Shown: in pieces, positions 34,361-34,490 of the stretch
Numbering within the stretch: position 1 is the stretch's first letter
How the letters are laid out: each line of letters begins with the position of its first letter
NCBI GenBank assembly: GCA_964426505.1
Contig: CAYRQW010000001.1
Coordinates: forward strand, 1-34,490
DNA: 34,490 nucleotides
Source: an uncultured Caldisericota bacterium
GTDB taxonomy: Bacteria > Caldisericota > Caldisericia > Cryosericales > Cryosericaceae
Reading direction: 5' to 3'
Position numbers and translations under genes: made by a program
Notes under the pieces: model-generated
What the model was told of the DNA's origin: nothing
The model's database searches: none
What the model saw: the letters and a program-made list of their open reading frames with translations, nothing else

Positions 34361-34490
34361 CGCGCATTACCTCCGTCTCGACGACCGAGTGCCCATATAC
34401 TCCAGGGCGCCCCTCGATCTCCTGTCCACGAGCAATCTCGGTCTTGACGATTGTCGTTGCCTCAAACTTCTCAGCAGCATACTCCATGGC
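34338..34490 (-). CDS. speD: 3' end of a probable S-adenosylmethionine decarboxylase proenzyme (partial)
   Basis: Manual translation AMEYAAEKFEATTIVKTEIARG...* resembles the SpeD/SpeH C-terminus (A.EY....F.A......EI.RG); overlaps the speE start. Confidence 0.65.
   Translation of the reverse strand, partial: AMEYAAEKFEATTIVKTEIARGQEIEGRPGVYGHSVVETEVMRDGMAVVS

Noticed and set aside
33323-34447. 374-aa plus-strand ORF
   Set aside because: Antisense shadow of speE that crosses a terminator; no recognisable domain.
1-34490. CRISPR array, IS element, prophage, rRNA or known riboswitch
   Set aside because: I saw no regularly spaced repeats, transposase or phage genes, or recognisable rRNA or riboswitch consensus by eye. 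An Rfam scan would be needed to exclude divergent RNAs.

Overview
A GC-rich bacterial window made almost entirely of core genes, with Firmicutes/Thermotogae-like gene content. A deep-branching anaerobe such as Caldisericota/Cryosericum is only my guess. Gene order: membrane NERD nuclease (partial, -) | hisS, 6S RNA, rseC-ytxG-ytxH, tRNA-Gln(CTG), tRNA-Glu(CTC) | carboxylesterase (-), tsaE-tsaB-rimI-tsaD (-) | CIRCE-controlled groES-groEL, DUF3798-type CUT2 ABC transporter, pgi | ROK kinase and ROK repressor (-) | pheS-pheT-mutS2-exonuclease/degenerate DinG-C69 peptidase | speD(partial)-speE and a translationally coupled mtaD-cinA/pncC-amrS-amrB-amrA (AmmeMemoRadiSam) operon (-). I saw no mobile element, CRISPR array or prophage. 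Main observations: (1) eight sigma70-type promoters all have a 16-bp rather than 17-bp spacer; (2) the conserved N-terminus of mutS2 has no ATG/GTG/TTG start codon; (3) a DEDDh exonuclease is fused to a DinG scaffold that kept its four Fe-S cysteines but lost every helicase ATPase motif; (4) the functionally unknown AmmeMemoRadiSam triad is coupled to an MTA/SAH deaminase and a PncC-like deamidase, downstream of a Thermus-type aminopropyltransferase; (5) an unannotated 6S RNA heads a stress-gene operon. All calls come from reading motifs by eye, with no database searches.
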